Under the pieces are notes generated by a model that worked only from the letters and a program-made list of their open reading frames with translations, had not been told where the DNA came from and did no database searches. Positions 20,493 to 25,615 of a stretch of 25,615 nt of DNA are shown here, piece after piece (the first letter of the stretch is position 1; every line of letters begins with the position of its first letter). The stretch is from Oopsacas minuta. Lineage: Eukaryota; Animalia; Porifera. The stretch spans positions 1 to 25,615 of the forward strand of contig JAKMXF010000096.1 of assembly GCA_024704765.1 (NCBI GenBank). Direction: 5' to 3'. The position numbers and the translations under genes were made by a program.

Positions 20493-21781
20493 AATTTAAA
20501 TAACTTTGAGGCACATCCTGATCACATAATGACGCCTATAATCGAAAATTTTCGTGAGATTGTAGTGAAGAGAGCGGTATAATAGCCGATAAGTGGTTTG
20601 AAACTTACCCATGCAAAACAACGTTAGTCAGGTTCAGAGGCGTAGCCACACAATTTAGAGGGTGCGGCCCGCAATTTACTTTCCAGAACACAACATTCTA
20701 ATGCAAAGTATACGATTATCTACTCTTATGTAAAGTATCTAATCTTATATCTACCTAAATTAGAGTTGCCAGTTCTCAGTCATAGAATTGAGATGCAGCT
20801 AAAAAATGATTTTATCCAAATTGTTGGGTAAAATTTGTCCGCATTCTTTACCAAGAATACTAGAATATTGTTAAGATTGTTTGCCTGTCTGTAATTATAT
20901 ATAACCCATTGTAGAAATTGTTTGCCCTCTGGGTGATCTGATATGAGTTTTCTAAGAGCACGGACAGATGCACTTTGTGGTGAGTAGTTTGATTCATCTA
21001 TTCTAATACTCTTGTGTAGTTGTGTTATATCTGCACCCATATCACGTGCATATTCTGATTGATTGTGCAGTTAGAGTCTATGAGTGTTCGGGAAAAGCTA
21101 TTGATTAGCAGTAGACTACACCATCCTGACTCTCACTTGACAATCTCCCTGTTCATCATACGAATATTATCAATTCTCAATTAAATTCTTTGTATAACTT
21201 CATTTAGATAGTTTCACACACATTGTATTGTTAGCACACATGTATAGTACCATCGTATCCTGCCTATTTTGAGGCACTTAGACTACTGCAGGATTATGAA
21301 ACAGTTAAAAATGTTCAAAATTGGAAAATATTCTTAGATGATGATACCGTCAGGAATTCAATATGCGACAAGAGGGGTAACAACGCTGACATTGGAATAG
21401 AACAAAGTAAGACACCTAGAAAGGAATGTTTCAAAATTGGAAATACTCAGCTTAGTATGGTGTACACCAGATGCGTAGCCAGGGTGCGGCATCTGGGGCC
21501 AAGGCCGCAAGTTGCTTTGCTGCACTCTATATTTAATGAAATTACATACGTTGCTATGTTGTGCCCACAAGAATGTATCACATGCAGCATCCTAAATTCT
21601 CTGGCACTTTTTCAATTGTTTCAGAATGTCAGTATACACCAGAAACGTGGTGTTTACCAACATTCTGAAACAATTGAAAAATAAAACGTAACTATTCATG
21701 CAATCTGTACACTCACAATCTCTAGGATTGTCAAAAATTGATCAGATTGTATAAGCAAAATTATGCTGTGATAGCTGTAAG

Positions 21782-21944
21782 CATAGGTGTATTTGGGGTA
21801 GGCGAGGGGGGCAATAGCCCCTAAATATCCAAAATTGCCCCTCCAAATGTTTTATGAAATGAGAAAGAATTTATGCCCTTAGAGTTACAGGAAAATTTTC
21901 ACCCATTTCGCCCCGCCGAATAAAATTTCCCTATCTATGCCCAT
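21782..21944. mobile_element. Possible short hAT-derived non-autonomous relic
   Basis: Left end CATAGGTGTATTTGGGG..GGCGAGGGGGGCAATAGCCCC and right end TTCGCCCCGCCG..CCCTATCTATGCCCAT form a weak (~10/16) inverted pair with G/C-rich subterminal tracts. Confidence 0.3.
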
Positions 21945-22454
21945 TTCCTTTAGTAGACTTAGGAGAAGGTTCTTTAGGAGGGAAGAAAAACTGTTGTGGT
22001 ATACTTGGTGTAGCTTCTTCAATAGATGCTGGACCCTATATTTGTAACTGTAGAAGTGATTAATCGGATAATTGAGTAGCTGGGCTAGTCAAGGGTGTAC
22101 CAGTGGTAGATATAGTCTGGTTGGTAATTGCTAGGGGTGATAGTAGACCCCACAGAAATTAGCATCGTCCTCATCATCGGTTAGGATCTCGTCACTCGAT
22201 TGGTATGGATCCTGCATGAACGAGTAAGTTGGAAGTGAAATATCTTCCCTGAGAGTTTGCTCATCAACCAGATCCCAGTTGGAATGTGTCGGCTGTTCTG
22301 AATCCCTTGTAGCCATGTAGTATTCTTCAATGTATGATGTGATAAAAATATTCTAAGGTGAATATGAAGCAATGTTCGGTTTGTCAGTGATGGTAGAACT
22401 GAGAAATTGGCTGACTTATTTATACCGATACAATCATGCTTGATTCTAAGACTA

Positions 22455-22655
22455 ATCTATTTTTAGAACTACTTGCTACCATCACAGCATACTGTACCGC
22501 CAGTTGAATTTGATCTAATTTTAGAATCACCTACAGCCATCACAGCATAACTATGCTGCCGTTGAATATGGTCTAATTTTAGAACTACTACAGCCATCAC
22601 GGCAATTTAACTGTGTTGCTAGTTGAATTTGATCGAATTTGAACTACTTACAGCC
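22455..22655 (+). repeat. Second ~58-60-bp tandem repeat family, ~3.3 copies
   Basis: TAGAA/TGAA anchors at 22464, 22522, 22580 and 22640. Unit approximately GTTGAATTTGATCTAATTTTAGAACTACTACAGCCATCACAGCATAACTGTGCTGCCA. Confidence 0.85.
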
Positions 22656-23253
22656 ATAGCGATCGTCTAGTCTCCCGATATCTAGACCAGTAAAACGGCC
22701 TGCTCTTCACCACAACCCATCTTCCGTACAGACGAAACCTTTCAACACATCAGCTACATCGGTGAAGCAAACACTGATTCTGTCAGTCTAGCACAGCTTG
22801 CATCCCTTGATTTGCCTATACTAGACACACGCAAAGAGTTACCTATCCTCTATCACAATAGTCATCAAAAGACTGGCAGGAGGAGATTCTCATTATTTCA
22901 CTATCTATTCTTTGCCCCAGCAAATAATACGTACTTTAGTAGTGGTCAAGATCTATTGTCTAGCAATAATCAAATAGAAACAAATATTTGCAATCCGAGT
23001 TCATACTTAAATAATCTTACTTTCTGAGTTATGGCCGAATTCGTGAATTCACGATATTAGATTGACGTCATAATTGTGTGAGAAAATGCAATTCTCGTTC
23101 TAAACCCCAATCTCTATCTAACCCGAAAATTCCACCCCTACATGCCTAAAATCAGCTCCTTAGATACCTTATGTTCTTCCATCAGCCAATTCTTGATAGA
23201 TTTTTGACTAACTTAGCCAATCCCTAATCCAATTCCATAATCATTGTACAATA

Positions 23254-23554
23254 GCGTATTTATTCGAATAATAGCCTCTATTCGAATTATCGCTTACCCC
23301 GAATATTCGCCCCAAAGAAGTGAATAATTATTTTCTCTCACCCCCCCTAGAACAACCGTTTATTGTAATAGTGCGTCATTTCAATTCCTGATCGGCTAGA
23401 ATATTTATATTCTCCGTAAAAATATTTTCTCAAAAGTTGCCAAATATTTTTGTGGAAAAAGGCCTCGAAATAATAAGTCGCCTCTCCCGAATAATCGCCC
23501 TCCTAGGGGGGGTTGAATTCATAATCGCCCCGGGTACTATTCGAATAAATACGT
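23254..23554 (-). mobile_element. pogo/Tc2-type MITE, 301 bp, same family as 16614-16915 and inverted relative to it
   Basis: TIRs GCGTATTTATTCGAATA and TATTCGAATAAATACGT, with TA at 23252-53 and 23555-56. The reverse complement of its right ~65 bp aligns to the left end of the 16614 copy (..GGGGCGATTAT.AATT.AAC.CCC....GGAGGGCGATTATT). Confidence 0.8.
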
Positions 23555-24224
23555 TATATAAAATCTTTGGACTATGGCTATTACGACACACATACAAATC
23601 CATGAATAGGCAGAATTGAATAAATTAAATTTTATGTGAACTTCACATGTTATAATGTAATATATATTTGCCAAAGTTTTATGCATAATCTAGACTATAG
23701 GGAAATATCTTGGGTTAATATTTTACTCAAATATTTGCTGTGCTAAAGATGATGAAGAATTTCAAATACTGGGTTTGAGTGTTATGTCGTTTCTTCTATA
23801 GTTTCAATCTGATATGCTAAAATTTGGGAGAAACCGAACAGGACACAATATACTTGAAGTAGTTCAAATTTCTATAGATTATGTATATAACCTGAAAAGT
23901 TGTAGCATTTCAAAGATAAATACAAAATAGTTATGACGTATACGGTTCAATCGTCTAAATTGGGTACTTAATTAAAGACATAAAATATATAAATTACGAC
24001 ATCAATTGTTTAAGACCCTGTATACAAAGCATGATTGACCATGTCTGAAAAAGAAGGGAGTTCTCTTATCTAGTCTCATTTATGCTCGTTTTTGACACTC
24101 GCCACTTCCTTAAACCGAACTGCAACTATATCCTAACTATGGTATGGAAATATTAATATATCAATATAGTGTTATATAACATGTCAACTTTGGTGATGAT
24201 GATGATGTCACAACCTCGAAGAAA

Positions 24225-24560
24225 CTGAAGCAGAATGGAATTTTTGGGCAAGTTGCTTTGAAGGCAATTCAAGCATAGCTCTTTGCAGGTTGTACTAGCG
24301 AAAATGATCAAAGGCGGGACAATTCGTTTGCATTTATCAAATTTGACTGCAATAGTAGAGGATTAGATTTTTTACTAGTACCAACAGACACTATTGAACG
24401 TACATTTAGCAGTAAGAATCTAATAAACATAAGACTCCGCAGAAGGATGGGAGAGGGCACGCTCGAACATACGATATGATTATCCATTGAAGGCTCTGAA
24501 CACCTAGCGAAAAATATTATGGAGGAATTTGTTGGTCATTATTATGGCAAAGAACCGTAG
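24225..24560 (+). pseudogene. C-terminal dimerisation region of a ZMYM1-like hAT transposase
   Basis: 24375-24560 reads LVPTDTIERTFSSKNLINIRLRRRMGEGTLEHTI*LSIEGSEHL..IMEEFVGHY, matching the ERSFS catalytic-E / RLR..M..L..SIEG motif. EAEW and a decayed FPNL-like segment lie upstream. Confidence 0.8.
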
Positions 24561-24746
24561 AATACTATTGTGAGGTTCATTCCTAAATCTTGCGTATTGT
24601 AAATTATCACTGATTTTCCTAAAATGTTGTTATTAATTAAGTAGCATCATAATTGCACAAAATATCTGCATAGGCTAAATACTACGAAAGGATAGTCAGG
24701 GATATATAGCGTTGCCCATAATGATAACTTCCCGTCCCGTAAAAGT

Positions 24747-24767
24747 AAAATCCTGGATTGAACACTG
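24747..24767 (+). repeat. Probable right TIR of the ZMYM1-like hAT element
   Basis: AAAATCCTGGATTGAACACTG resembles the AAAATCCTGG...CACTG ends of this hAT group and lies ~200 bp after the transposase stop. No left partner found. Confidence 0.45.
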
Positions 24768-24772
24768 TAGAG

Positions 24773-25615
24773 CAGCGTTTCTTAACCTGGGGTGCTAGCA
24801 CCCCTGGGGGTACTGAAATCGATTTTAGGGGGTGCTGGATAAGGATTCTACTATATGCTGTACTATGTTTTTGTTTAGATTCTAGACAACATTTCAGGCT
24901 GGCAGATGCTTCAGGATAAATATCGAAACATTCAGCTGTCTTTACTAAATATAGTAGTGTCTGGGTATAAATTAGTTGTATTTAACTTATATTCCTCACT
25001 GTGTTACTTATTTGAGTTCTTTTCTGTCACAAATTTGTGATAGGGAATAATTATACTGGTATGGAATCTAGTTCCATGGAACTGAACTTCCATATAAGCA
25101 TGTTTGTGATTTAGGATCAGTAAATTCTAAAATGCCAAAAATACGCAAGTGGAGTGATGAATATGTTAAATATGGTTTCTCTGCCCTCCTGAAAAATCGT
25201 GGAGGTCCAAACCGAGCACAATGCATGACCTGCCATTTCATTGTCTGTAACTCGAATTGAAAGCCTGCCAAACTCAGAGAACACCAGGCGAACCATCCAG
25301 CAGAACAAGCGCAAACTCTCGAGGCCATGCAAGCCAAGAGGGCAAGATATGACCAGAAAGATACGTTACCTCGACTTGTTTTGGAGCCAGTGCAGAAACC
25401 CCTTGTTCAAGCTTCTTACGAAGTAGCATACCAATGCATAAGGGAGAAAGCTTCGCACTCTACCCCGGAAAACCTGATCAAACCATGCACCATTCGGATG
25501 GTGGAACTGGTCCTAAGAACTGTTGCAGCCAAGAAGATCAAGGAAGTGCCTCTGTCTAATGATGTCATCGCAGGACGAGTTGCAGATATGAGCTGCAACA
25601 TCTTGGAGCAAGTTG
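24773..25615 (+). mobile_element. Second hAT-Buster transposon, left part (runs off the window)
   Basis: Left TIR CAGCGTTTCTTAACC (12/15 to the first Buster TIR), preceded by the nnnTAnnn octamer CTGTAGAG. Subterminal palindrome GGGGTGCTAGCACCCC. Confidence 0.9.
25132..25615 (+). pseudogene. Buster/ZBED5-like transposase N-terminus with one in-frame stop
   Basis: MPKIRKWSDEYVKYGF..AQCMTC..CNSN*KPAKLREH..ASYEVAY..ENLIKPC..VPLSNDVIAGRVADMSCNILEQV. One frame throughout, with TGA at 25258-25260. Confidence 0.9.

Noticed and set aside
21480-21491. CAGGGTGCGGCA, identical to the first 12 bp of the maT-2 TIR
   Set aside because: Not preceded by TA, the match stops at 12 bp, there is no partner TIR, and it is better explained as part of a hAT-like end.
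22689-23027. About 113 open codons on the plus strand (includes track ORF 22812-23027)
   Set aside because: No ATG and no recognisable motif; cannot be distinguished from chance.
23095-23240. CTAAACCCCAATCTCTATCTAACCC and CCCTAATCC as telomeric or Helentron-type microsatellite
   Set aside because: Only two or three degenerate units and no terminal hairpin or subterminal inverted repeat to support it.
23769-24020. Possible further CAGGGT-type MITE (right end GACCCTG-TA at 24014-24022)
   Set aside because: The right end looks TIR-like, but the candidate left end at ~23769 needs a gap and several mismatches; too weak to list as a feature.

Overview
AT-rich eukaryotic DNA, probably from an invertebrate animal (inference from element types). 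It is essentially a graveyard of decayed DNA transposons. I see no recognisable host gene, rRNA, tRNA or CRISPR array, and most short ORFs in the supplied track are transposase fragments or noise. From left to right: (1) a RAG1/Transib/Chapaev-class transposase relic at ~1.5-1.9 kb; (2) a full-length hAT-Buster element, 2688-5053; (3) three TA-flanked Tc1/mariner elements whose TIRs all start CAGGGTG: two DD37D/maT (6387-7696 +, 13196-14505 -) and one DD37E (10341-11682 +); (4) an OTU deubiquitinase-domain pseudogene, 9380-10078; (5) a degenerate ~58-bp tandem repeat at three separate loci in both orientations; (6) a three-part mosaic of a core-deleted Ginger2/TDD (KRBA2-like) integrase, a ZMYM1-like hAT fragment and a second DD37E transposase, 17.7-19.8 kb; (7) several pogo/Tc2-type MITEs; (8) a ZMYM1-like hAT C-terminus with its right end, abutting a second Buster element that runs off the window. 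I cannot support a complete new functional system here. The best leads are the Transib/RAG1-like relic, the OTU module lying between inverted 58-bp arrays, the mosaic junctions, and the Buster element with perfect TIRs but non-matching target-site flanks. All family calls come from manual motif reading, not database searches.
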